Below, one piece after another: positions 1-13,289 of a stretch of 64,000 nt of DNA; position 1 is the first letter of the stretch, and each line of letters starts with the position of its first letter. A program made the translations under genes and the position numbers. Under the pieces are notes generated by a model. It ran no database searches and was not told where the DNA came from. It saw only the letters and a list, made by a program, of their open reading frames with translations. The stretch covers positions 25,234,001 to 25,298,000 of the forward strand of contig CM022665.1 of the NCBI GenBank assembly GCA_012295275.1, given 5' to 3'. Source of the DNA: Chrysomallon squamiferum (Eukaryota; Animalia; Mollusca).

Positions 1-114
1 GAAATTATTGTCAGTGTTTGCTGATTATACTGACGTCATTTTGTACATACAAATAGAAACGTTACTCTGAATTTACTTACTGGCATAAACAGAAGAAAAC
101 ATAATCACAGGTAT

Positions 115-322
115 TTATATTCATAATCATCATCATCATAATTATCATTAACGTTATCATCATCATCATTATTATCAGTAATATTATCATCCTCGTTATC
201 ATTAACGCTATCATCATCATTATTATCAGTAACGTTATCATTATAATCATCACCATCGTTTCATTAACGTTATCATCATCATTATAATCAATAACGTTAT
301 CATCATAATTATCTTCATCATA
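115..322. repeat. Compound (ATC/ATT)n microsatellite with recurring AACGTTATC higher-order unit
   Basis: Repeated aacgttatcatcatc...attat blocks. Confidence 0.8.
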
Positions 323-977
323 ATTCCAAAGAAAACACGTTTCCATTTTCAGTTGTGGTCAATAATTCATTTGCTGATGCTTTATGCGAGAGCCTGCTCG
401 TAAAAACACTTAAACTTTCAATAGAAATTCGAAACAAACTTAACCAATTCATATTTTGTTTTCTAGGATGAGCAGTTTGACAGCTAATCTTTACTGAATA
501 TAAATGTTGCGGAAAACTGCGTAGATTGACTTTATCGTGGTTCACAGATTCTGCCATTCAACTTCAAGCAGAGTATCTTGTTAATTTTTCAAGTAGAAAT
601 TGTCGTATACATGCACTGGATTAATTCACGTACTGTTTTGAATCAAAATCGTTAATTATTAAATTTCGTCAGTTATTCATGACGTTAATGTAATTTTGAC
701 GAGAATTTGCTCTTTTCGTATTCGCATTTTAAAGTCTAGTTTTTTTTGGGGGGGTTGCGGGGGTTGGTGGGTTCTGTTGGTGTATGTAAACTGTCTGAAT
801 GTGTATTTTGTACAAGTACTTCTTCCAAGTGATTGTAACGTTTGTTTGTTTGTTGTTGTTGTTTTTTGGCCACCGAACGTTGTTAGTAACAGAGCACGAC
901 AGTAGAACAACAACCACGTGAGATGGATGAACATCTTTTTTTTTTATTTAGAGATCTAACACTAAACAGCTGCGACA

Positions 978-1235
978 TAAAACACAACAACACAGCACAA
1001 CACGACACGACACGGAATAACACGATATAACACAACATTACACAACACGACATATAACACGACACGGCACAAGAGGACACAACACGAGATAAGACCGCAC
1101 AACACATAACACAAAATAACACGAAATAACACGACACGACACGACACGCCACACGACACACGATACACGATACGACACGACACCACAAAACCCGACATGA
1201 CACCTTACAACACGACAGAACGCAACCATGTCGTG
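978..1235. repeat. Degenerate pentanucleotide (ACACG/ACACA)n
   Basis: acacgacacgacacg runs; source of the C/V/R-rich spurious ORFs at 883-1239. Confidence 0.85.
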
Positions 1236-1605
1236 ACAAAGTATCTACGTAACCTGCGATGGCTAATATTCGTCGCTATAAAAATAATTATCGTGAGAGA
1301 TTTTACTAAGCAAATACTGTTACCGAAAACGTACCGTACCATGCAATATCAAACAACACTGCGTCGTATAATTTCGTTTGTTATTCCATATATAATTATT
1401 ATTCATTGCACTTTTTTGCTGCGTCAGTCGACATGATAACGTATCATATTCGTAAAACAATACAGCAAAACATGGCATTTAATCGATTAAATATTGATCG
1501 TCAGTTTGTAAAGAAATATAAGGAAACTATATTCTTATTTTTGTTCTCTTTTTAACTCCTAAAATCATTAATGCGATACGTTTTCTTTCTTTATTTTTTT
1601 TTTTC

Positions 1606-1664
<59 letters not shown>

Positions 1665-3268
1665 TTCAAAGAAAATTAATAGTAATGAGAAAGTGTACCA
1701 GGAAAAAGTGTATAGACTTACTTCGTTCACAGACGCCGTTTTACAAGAATTAGCGCAGATGTTCAGTTTCTAATGTTCTAATTCAACCTTTCTTTCTTTT
1801 TTTTCCTAACAGCAAAAGCTGTTATTTTATTATGACGTATTTGTTTCCACGCATAAATATTTCTTTGTATGTAAATGATACTTTTACATTTACATCTAGG
1901 AATACAAGTATATATTAGATGCATATAAAAGAAACATATATTTATATATATATATGTATATGCATATTTATATATGCATATATATATATGTATGTATATA
2001 TGTGTTTTTCTTTATATGTGTGTGTGTGTGTGTGTGTAAAAAGAATAAAAATAAATTCAAATGTCAGTATGTACTGTGTCATAAAACAGATATGTATGTG
2101 TGTGTGTGCGTGCCTGCGTGTGTGAATTCGTCTGCATATGCTTGGATAAATCTGTGAACAAAGGGTTGAAATAAAAAAAGGATGAAAGGATATTGGTAGA
2201 TCATGTATATATATACTGTTTATAATAAAATGGCATAAAGGAAGTAATAATAAATAAAGTTAACGCAGGCGAACTATTTCAGCAAATTTCATTTCTTGAA
2301 ATATAATAACTTTAACATAAATCTTTATTATGGAGCATTATTCAGCTAAAAATTCAACGTTTTAAACAGTGAATATGAAACGATGTATTACTGAGCCAAT
2401 AAAATAAAATATATCTTATTTATTATCAACGATATTCAGAGAGAAACATTTGGGTCAATTTCTTCTTCAGGAATGATTTCTGATTCCAATTTTCGTTTTT
2501 CAGGGATCAAAGAAATTTATTTATCTCGTGAATTGCGAAGTACGGATTACTCGCCATCCAGACTGCCATTTCCACAATGCCTGAAAAATGAGAAATTTTA
2601 CAGAGCTTAAGAAAACAAATCAAGTCCGTCCCCTGGGAGTATGGTACAGGCATGCGTTTGAACGGTGACAATTGGAGCAAATATTACAGGGATAAAGTTG
2701 CACATTCGCATACGAGGAGACTTTATTAATTTCCCTGGAAACTGGCGGACGCTAGAGATACGAAATGTGCGTTTGTCACACCTCAACAAACGTTTCTCCT
2801 CTGTTTTTTTTTTTTTACACCTCAGTCGAATTCTGATGTTGCGCTTTTTTTACGTTACTTTTATTGTTTACACGTCAGCTGATGTGAACGAGTTTAAAGT
2901 CTACTAAAGGCGGGTGCACGGCCGTCTTTAAAATTTCATGACGTCTGGGTTAAGGAGATGATCAAGAATTTATTCCGTCGGAAGTGATAGGCTGCAGTTT
3001 GCTGTTGATAACGCCAGATTCGGCTTTGATTTCTGTTTCTGAAATGACTGAAGAAAAGGTCAGAAAACACATCTGACCAGAATGCTGAGAGGACGTTACG
3101 GCACTAATGAAATTTACAGTGGAGTAAAAATTGACTTGAAGACGTTAAAAAACGTAAATGTTTAAAAGGGATAATTAGTCACTGGTTTAATGGATGGGTT
3201 TTGAAAAATAAAAGTAAACACACCCAGGTCTCGATGGAGAGCGAGAAAGAGATGAGAGAAACATACAC

Positions 3269-3273
<5 letters not shown>

Positions 3274-3355
<82 letters not shown>

Positions 3356-3357
3356 GA
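3274..3357. repeat. (GA)n microsatellite
   Basis: Read directly from the sequence. Confidence 0.95.
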
Positions 3358-4337
3358 CTGACTTCTGTATCTATGACTGGAAACAAAACAACATTTAAAT
3401 CCGGCAATTAGCATGAACGGGAAAACTGTCTGCTCATTAAACTTATGACCCACCGTGCTTGAAAATTATGCTTCTTTGTCGTGATAAACATGCATAGTGA
3501 TAGAAAAGAAGAAAAAAAAAAAAAGAGAAAAAAAAAAAAAAAAAGTATTGATTTATTTTTCTTCTTCTTCTACTCCTTTCTTCTCGGAACAGTGGTTTTA
3601 AAGAAGTGATTGGCTCGGAAACGATGACACTTAATATATCAACGACAAGACCCTTGATGTTTTAGATGTTCACCTTCATTAGCGTTATTGTTTCTGTTAA
3701 CAAAGATTTTCTCCGTTCACAATTTAAAAAAGACTTTGACTGTTGTAGATTTCGTCATTAATGTCTTATCGATCAAACTGTAACACAGTTGTTTCTAGCT
3801 CTTTTTTTCCACTTTGTTGTTTTGTATCTCTTTTCTCAATTTACACGGATACCAATAGTTTGTACATGTTCCACGTTAGTTGTCAGCTGTCACGATTTCT
3901 GTTATGTTTTATTTCTTTTTTAATATTTTTGCTTAATACAGAATTACATAATAAACATTTACTGGAGAAAACAAAATCCCGGTAAACAGCACCTGAAATC
4001 TAATTAATATATTTCAATACAGCTATTATTGTTAACGCTTCAGTTAATACCACTCCTAAAACTGATAATATTATTACTTGTACTATTCTACTGCTAATTC
4101 TACTACTACTATCACTAGTACTGCAACTACCACGACTACTCCTGCTGCAATGAAACCACTGCTGCTAATACTTTTACAACTGCTACTGCTGCTACTACTT
4201 GTGTTAATACAATACTGGAGCTGCTGATCCTACTTCTGCTACTCTTATTGCTATTACCTACTACTATCGCATCCACTACAACAACAACAATGATAATAAT
4301 ATAACAGTAATAATAATAATAAATAATAATAATAATA

Positions 4338-4375
<38 letters not shown>

Positions 4376-5062
4376 TGTCTGTTACTGTTATCGCAGTTGC
4401 TGTTGTTGTTGCTTAAGATTAATTATCGTTATTGTTGTTGCTCTGTTGTTATCACTACAGTTCTTGTTATTACTTGACTGTGTCGTCAATTCATTTGTGT
4501 GACAGAAACAGTGAAAACCAGTTTAACTGTGTAATGTTCACTGTCAGATATTTCCTGAGATACAAACAGTCGTAGCGTACCTACTGCACTTGCTGTATTG
4601 TTTTGTTTATTTGTTGTTGCTATTTAAAAATCAATGAGATTATAGTATTTCTGTCTGTATATATAAAAAAGGCAAAACACGAAACATGATGGTTATGGGA
4701 AAATGTTTATTTTACATTCATTATTAATCTGTAGAGATAGTGTAGGTTCAATAGGCGCTGGAGCAAAGACAGAAGCATTCAATATGACAAATGGCCGTTA
4801 TTTCATTTCGAATGACAGGTAATATGAGATATTATGATATACATATTGAATTCTATTGCTCTACGTATGGAGAAAAGATATGTAAAATTATTAAGGTTGC
4901 TAATAACATTTTTCTGTATAATTCCCAATGACACTGAAGGACAAAATGATTATACATTTCTTTGACCGATATTGCTAGCTATTGTGAAAAATATAGTGAA
5001 TTCTGTTGCATTTAGTAAAGATAAAATTATGTAAAAACGTAAAGGTTGCTAAATATAGTAAA

Positions 5063-5097
<35 letters not shown>

Positions 5098-6281
5098 GTG
5101 AAGTCTAGTTCCCAAATACATTCTCATGGAAGAAATATTGTTGCATGAAAAAAGACAGACGTTTCATTTCCAGTGATACATAACATCAGCTGTTTAGAAA
5201 TATGTAAACATGCTGTGAAAAATATATGAAAGATTATTAAGCAAATACGAGTAAAATAAACATGTAACAACAATAAATTACATATTTCTGTGTAGTTCCT
5301 AAGAACATCGTTGAGGGCGTAAAAATGGCTGAAATTTAATTTCATGATAGATTGTACCAGATTTTAAGAAGTAAACAAAAATTTTCTTCGATAAAAAAGA
5401 TTAGTAAATGTAATAAGATATGAAAACAACAACTACAATAAATTAATTAATTAATTAATTAATTAATAAAAAAAAAAAAAAAAAATATATTATTCTGTTA
5501 TACGAGTCTTTGCAGTGATATTATTGACATTCACGTAATTTTAAATGACAGATAATATCTCATTTTGTGAAATATATTAAGTATTAATATTCTGTGTAAA
5601 GAAAACGAAAAAAATAGCTAAAATCATAAAGCTTATTAAACTTAGAAAACCACGGTATGCTAAAAATGTTGTTATTTTCCGTGGTTTCCAAAGACACCGT
5701 TAAGCCTGTGTGCGTCGCAGCATGATTACGACAACAGACAATACATGCTCCTGAAAGTTCTTGACATTTTTATTTCCAGCAAAAACTCCAAGGCTAGTTA
5801 ATGAAGAACGAACACAACAAGAAACTCGTCAATCAAAGAGCTTATTGTCCCGTTGATCTAAGCCTGCTTCTCGTTTTTACACATTAGATTACAAGTTCGT
5901 GATTGTGCTGACACCAAGACGTGTGAACAGTGGCAACATGATGAAGTCTCGAAGGGGACAAAGAAATGCTGAATGAGAGATTCGTTGAATACCGCGAATT
6001 CATTTCCGTTACATATTTTCGTCATGATGTCATCTTTAACTGGTTTAATTCCAGTATCACAGTTCCCTGGAGTAAAATGTTACACAATGGGGTAGTGAAC
6101 GTAAGGTTTACGGTATACATCTTTGATACAGAAATACAGTTACACTTGTACACTGTTATAATTAATAACTGGTTGCTGTAGAAACGGTGTCTGTATTTAT
6201 GTACAGAGAAACTGTCAGAGTGTTCAGTGATGCTGTGGTTAAGTCATTCGCTTTATGACTAAAAGATATCAAAGACATCAG

Positions 6282-6575
6282 GTTTTAAAATAATAGATAT
6301 CAAACTCATACTGTGTTACCAGTTTTAAAATAATAGATATCAAATTCATATTGTGTTACCAGTTTTAAAATAACAGATATCAAATTCATATTGTGTTACC
6401 AGTTTTAAAATAATAGATATCAAATTCATATTGTGTTACCAGTTTTAAAATAATAGATATCAAATTCATACTGTTACCAGTTTTAAAATAACAGATATCA
6501 AGTTCATATTGTGTTACCAGTTTTAAAATAATAGATATCAAGTTCAAACTGTTTACCAGTTTAAAATTAATAGAT
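6282..6575. repeat. 40-bp minisatellite, about 7 copies
   Basis: Unit ttttaaaataatagatatcaaattcatattgtgttaccag with few substitutions and one 2-bp deletion. Confidence 0.95.
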
Positions 6576-8844
6576 TTCATATACATATTGTTGTATCATT
6601 TTAAAACATCGTTTATATTCTAGTAGCAGTAGAAATAACTTTAACAGTAGTAGCAAAATAGCAGTAGTAACAATGGAAGTAATACTGGGTTTTTTTAATT
6701 TGTTGCTGTTGTTGTTATTAATCCTATTTGTACAAAATACAAATTACAGAAAAACCCAACAAAATTAGCAATTTAATCGAGAGACAGGAATTTATTTTCT
6801 TGCCAGTTCAGTAGCATTTATTTCAAATAAAGACAGACAATTCTTTGTAGTTCAAGAAATAATGTTATCAGGACATTTAACGCTTTAAAATGTCAATTTG
6901 TACGATCAGAGAAGTCTTAATTAAAGAAATAGTGCGTACTGTCTTTTGTTAATTATACTGAGAAGAGACAGGCAAACTTACAATTGCTAGTAAAGGCACA
7001 GAACGTCATTTCATCTACAGTTTAGACTAGTGGTGCGTTGGTAACACTAAAATTCGGGATCTCATGAAGCTTTATCACGCACATAACGTCAAAATAAAGG
7101 CACTGGTTAAAACAATCAGGATAAAGTATCTTTTGAACGTCAAAGTTCAAAGCGTCAGAACAATAAAATAGACTTCTTCTTTGTTTTTATTTCCAGCAAT
7201 GCATTGATATATTGGGAAAGTATTGAAAGGGTCTTTCGTTTCGTGTCCACCAGCATTTATTATGAAAAGTTTTAATGAAAATTTTAAAGGATTAAACTTT
7301 TTTTTTTAAACTTATATTAGACGTGGAAATTCATTTATTGGATTTTTTGGCTGCAGTTTATATCGATTTATGTTTGTACGTATGTATATATGCGTGTGTG
7401 TGTGTGTGTGTCTGCCTGTGTGTATGTATGCGTGTGTGTTTGTGCGTATGAATGTATGTTTCTTTCTTTCTGTACATCTTTTTATATACATGTATATAAA
7501 TGTATGTATGTATATGTTAATTTAGTCTTTAATCAGCTTCATATATCGCAAACAAAACAGAAATAATTCCTATACAAAAAATCATTTTTTAGCAAACTAT
7601 AAATCCTATAATCCATACTTTCTACAAACAATAACACTGTTGTAGGCAAGAGATGTATACAAAAATAAACTTTTGAGTGTATTATGTGTGTGTTTTTATA
7701 AACGCATTTTCTTTCGGAAATACTTAACACTTCTGAGACAGTGGTTCCAGAGCTGACAAGACTATTTCAGAAATAGAATGTAGTCCTTGAACATACTCGT
7801 GTATCATACACAGACAATGCTATCCAAATAAAACACTTTATTTAAACCTTTCATCGCTCGTACTTGACCGGAGTGAACACAAGATGTGTACATTATTTTT
7901 CCTTAATCAAAACTCTTTCCCAATTAGCGGATTATTCTGGGGTCCCATTGTACTGTCGTCATACATGTTTCAGGACAATTATCCCGCGCGGTAAAAAGAG
8001 ATTATATTCGTCTGGAATGGAGAATAAGTGCAGTATCAAACGAAATACAATAGGCGTTTTGACCTCAACATTAGATTGCCCACTGAAAACCATTATAAGC
8101 GGCAATTCAGGAAGCCATAATAGCCATCGGCTTCATCAAATCATATCAGTGGATTATGACGCGTTCAGCATTTTCTGTTTAAGGTCTGGGGCATTGTTTT
8201 TATTAATTTATTATAGTACTTACATATAAATATAATAAAAACAAAAAACTCTCTGGGCTGTTGTTTTCAGTTCTACAAATGGAAATCGTGTGTGAGATTT
8301 TTGGCTATATTCTGACATTATTTCTTATCATCATTTTCATAATGATCATTAACAATAACATCGAGATCATTATTATTATAATCTTCATCAACATTACCAT
8401 ATATTTCTTTTTATATTTGCGAAAGGAGAAACAAAATCTGTTTAAATAAATTATCTGAAATACGTATTACAGAATGGAAAACGTTATGATAGCCATCGTT
8501 AATGTTTTACCATCATGAGTTAGCAGATGCTACCAGTGTTGCTCCCACCTTTATCACCGATATTTGGATGGCTAAAACATTTAAAATTGTTGTGTCCATT
8601 CAAGATCAGTTTAATAATGCTAATAACATGAAACCATTAATTTTAATATACCCACGCATAAGTCAGTGGAAGCACTGGATACTGAATGTTTAAAACTGAC
8701 ACAATAGTTATTTGTTTCATATTTACATCTTGTATGTATGTACTTAAATATCTATGTCTGCCTGCCTGTATGTCTGTATGTTTGAATATATGTATGTGTG
8801 TGTATATATATATGTGTGTGTTTAAATATATATATATATATATA

Positions 8845-8849
<5 letters not shown>

Positions 8850-8923
<74 letters not shown>
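8850..8923. repeat. (GA)n microsatellite
   Basis: Read directly from the sequence. Confidence 0.95.
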
Positions 8924-8925
<2 letters not shown>

Positions 8926-10913
8926 CTTAAAAGATACATTTTCTTTTTTTCTTCATCCGGTATTTCTGGTGATACTGCTATTACTATACACTAAGATATT
9001 TCTCACACATTAATAAAGGAAGAATCCAGGATTTTGTTCACGGGGTCAGGAAATCCACGATTTAAATCTGTCTTTCTCAGTGACGTGGAATAGTAGGCAG
9101 TGTTGAATATAATTTTGTTAAAGACAAACACTTAAAAATAAACAGAAAATAATGGAATGCTGAGTAATATATATGCTTACGCGTAGAAAACAGTGCCAGA
9201 AAATTCTTATTAAAATTTCGAAACAAGCTATGATAGAATTTTAAAATATGTAACAGGAAACAAATCATTCAATAGATGAATATTTATCATAAATATTATT
9301 GTACATGAAATTTTTAATGTAGCGAAATTTAGGAAATTTATCAAGCAATATAATGCAATATCAGTAATATAAGGGAACGAAATATAGAATTGCATAAATA
9401 ACATAATATAATAAGCATGCAATATAAGTAGTGCAGTGTATCGTTTCATGGTCATTTCTAAACTGTTTCCATGGAGACAGTGCCTTGGAGACTATTCGAT
9501 TTATTTTCATTATTATTATTATTATTATTATTTAACAAATATAATACTGTGTAATTATTCAATTTAAAAAAAAAGAAAAAAAGAAAAGATTCCCTTACAG
9601 CGTAGATCCTGACTGAGACAGATATAAACCATCAAAGTACACAATTTGCTGTAAGGAAACAAAAGTCTGTTTTGGGATAAAGATAACTGTGTTCAGCGTT
9701 CTCTGAGATAACATTAGATGCTTAACCGAAAGTCAGTGAGACGCTGGATCGTAACTAAAGAAAAAAACTTCAGTAATAAAGAATTTCTACCAGCCACAAA
9801 AAATGATTTGAAGATAGTTTGGGGGTTTATCCCCCCCAAAAAAGATTTAACTAATATTTTATTGTTTCTGAGAAACTTGATTGTCGTTATTGTTGTTGAG
9901 ATTGTAGCAGTAATAGTGGCATTAGTAGTAACAGTAGCAGTTGCAGCAGAAGTAATAGTAGTAGTAGTTGTTGTAGTAATTGTAATAGTGGTAATGACAA
10001 TAGTAGTAATAGTAGTAGAAACATGGGGGTAGTGAACATAATTTTAACACAGTAATTTATTAATCGTAACTTTTTATTTTTCTTATTTTAAATTCCTCCC
10101 TCATCCTTCAAAAAAAAAAAATAATAATAAATAAATATATAATAAATAAAAAATAATAATAACAATAAAAACAACAAAAAACAAAACAACAAAACAAAAA
10201 AAGTATTTCTTGGAAGAGGAAAAAAGATCGCTATGAAATTCAGTTTTAAAGAAAGACTACTATCAAAGTTAATACAATAAGTATTTTAATCCGGTTAACG
10301 ATATGTCCAAAGCATGACATAGCCCAGGAGGCTTCTACAATTGATCATTTATCTCTAACCACACCAATTTCTTTAATGGGGAAGATTCGGAAAAGAAGAG
10401 CCGGTAATGGAAAGGTTTTAAATAAGCTGATGCATAATAGACGAACGAAGACTGTAATATCTCAAGGGATTATCCAGTTGTTTCCATCTTTAAAGCGACG
10501 AAGCGAAAGAGGTGAGAATATTGCATATACGACTTTCCGACGGGTTTCTCTGAAGTCCAGAAGTTAAAAGTTTGTTAACAAGTGTAAGTTTATATAGTTT
10601 GTTAATCGTCTTCATAACTGGAGAAAATAAAGGAAACAGAAGTTATTTAAGTTCAAAACTGCCATCTCCGTGATGTAATTCAAAGCAGTTACATAGATTA
10701 AATGCGAGATGACAGAAAACACGTGGCAATAATGAATGATGAATGTCGATCGACAACAATGCTTTGACACTGAAGAATATAACTGATTTATTATTCTGCT
10801 CTGCGTATGTTTGTGTCTATATGTAGGTGTATATATGTATATATATATGTATATATGTGTGCAGGTACGTATGTGTGTAAGTAAAACATTAAACTCTTAT
10901 GTAATATTCTTAA

Positions 10914-10954
<41 letters not shown>

Positions 10955-13257
10955 AATCTTCCTGTAGTACAAACTCACTTATTTCCATCAGTTATAACAA
11001 CTTGATGTTACGTCGCTTTTTCAGTGGACTGACATTTTTTTTTAATTACAGCGATGGAAAAGTGTTAAAGATAAATATTCTTTTCAGACTGCGTGTGTTT
11101 ATAAAGCATGTATATTTACTAACAGTCAAGCGATCAGTGGGTAATGAATCACAAATCACGGGCGTTCGCTTGAAGAGGTATTTATTTAAACAGCTTTCTT
11201 TCTTAAACGTGTGCAAACTGTCAAATATGACTGGTCGCAGTAACTTCTAACGGATTTCAACGTTCATTAAAAGAAAGCGTTTTCTTGGCTAATCATGTTT
11301 CTTGTATCGGTCTGTCCATCATATTATCACTGTCATCGTTATCGATATAAAGATCATGTTAACAATAGTTATATTTTTATCTTCTATTTTTGACGTTTTC
11401 ATCATGATGATCACCACGATTATTTTTATTAATATTATTATCATCATTGTCATCATTATTATTATTATTATTATTATTACTGAATAATGTTTTTATATTA
11501 AAACATCTTCAGTTGTAATTGCATTTAATAAATATTCAAAATTGTATGAGCAGTTTGCTTCTGTAATTTGACAGCTAAGTTATTTGAAGCTGAAGTTTTC
11601 TGAACGATAATTAGTGGTTTTGAAAACGATGTTAACGTAGACACAGGGGAAAAAATCATTTATATATAAAGAACGAAAGAATGCAATTTTTTGTTTGCAT
11701 ATTTCAGAGAAAATCGGAAACTCACTTTTACTTGTAAATATTTATCTTCAAGTATTAAAATTTGTTTTCTTTAATAAGAGACGAGAGAACACGGATTAAT
11801 TTTCTGTCATTACGTTTTGAAAGAAAAACATTTTTTTTTTTATGTGATATTCTCTCTTAAAGGAAATCTGATACGATTTTCTGCTATCATCAACGTATTT
11901 TTTACAAAAGCTTTCGCATGGACAAGATAGCACATACCACAAAGATAATCACACGTGACGTTTGTTGCTTTGTATTTCTATCATCAGTGTACTTTTGTGT
12001 TCTTTTATATTCTCTCTGTATTTTTGGCTGTCTGTCTGGTAAACATAAAGATATAGAGATATATATACATATATACATCTGTTAATTTGGAGGAATTCTG
12101 TATAAAGTACATTAATATAAAAAATAAATGGATGCAAGACTGTACTGGATCTATTCTCCTACTAACATACATTTCGATTGTGGATGGTTTGTGTAAACAT
12201 GACTTAGGAAATGATCGGATCAATCTATTATTTCTCTGTGACGTGTTGTGTTTGTTTTACACTAATATCAAGCCAGTTCAATCAAAACTCATGTTTGTTC
12301 GAGCTAACCCTTTCAGAATATCATGTACAAATTGAGACCTCCAGTTTAATGAGAAATGAAAAATCGATCAAGCGACAAATTTGTCTAATTCTTTTATTAA
12401 ACTACTTTTGGGGTTTTTTTGTGGGTTTTTTTTACTACTACACACTGAGTTTATTTAAAATTCTCATTCTCAACCAAACCTTCTACAAGCAGGATGTGAA
12501 AAAAAAAAAAAAGTCTAAATGTCGCTAATCAAAGAAACTATATTTTTAAAAATTCTTCTGGAGTGCCAGTTTGTACAACACGTCAAAAATGTTTCACAGA
12601 ATTTCTGATATGGCTTTTATTAAATTGTCAAATTAATAAGGATGATACTGTACAGAGCAGAAACCTGCCTACTCCACTGAAATACTAAAAAAAAATACCC
12701 AAAACAGTATGTAGAGTTGTTTATAGTCGGCTTGTATTCCAACACAGGCAGTTCAGTCTAGAACGATGGGATAGAATTTTAGAGCTGTCCAAACAGATCT
12801 GTTTTTGTCTTACGTTCAACACGAAATGTAACACGGATCATCGGACTTGTAGGAAGCCAGCGCTGCATTAACCAAAGGCTGCGGAAGTGTTTTAAAGCTA
12901 TGATGTCATTTTGAAAAGATCACCTGGACCATCCGTCAGTTTCCATGAAGATCTGCATTCCAGGCAACACGTTCTGAAACTTTAGTGTTTTGTGAACAGA
13001 CGTCGGTTTAAGCGAGTCTTGATGAGCTTCTTTCCTGCCTGTCTTATTTCCCTTGTTCCGCCCTTCCCACTTCACACTAATTACTATCAGTATTAATTAC
13101 TGATGACGTTTTACAAGTGATATTGATGCAGTTACATTTGTAAAAGTATTTTGTTGTTGATTTTTTTAACAGTAATCTGGGTTCTGAATAATCACCAACA
13201 CTTTGATTCTGAATGAATTTTCATATTTGAATAAGTTTGTTTTTGTGTGTGTGTGTG

Positions 13258-13289
<32 letters not shown>

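Noticed and set aside
883-1239. Cys-rich ORFs as metallothionein or keratin-associated-like proteins
   Set aside because: Translation of the (CGTGT)n pentamer repeat, open in all three frames.
6282-6575. 40-bp array as CRISPR, and ORF 6386..6586
   Set aside because: No spacers; the ORF is just the repeat translated.
12813-12972. Minus-strand segment flanked by acceptor-like and donor-like (gtaaga) sites
   Set aside because: All three frames contain stop codons, so it is not a coding exon.
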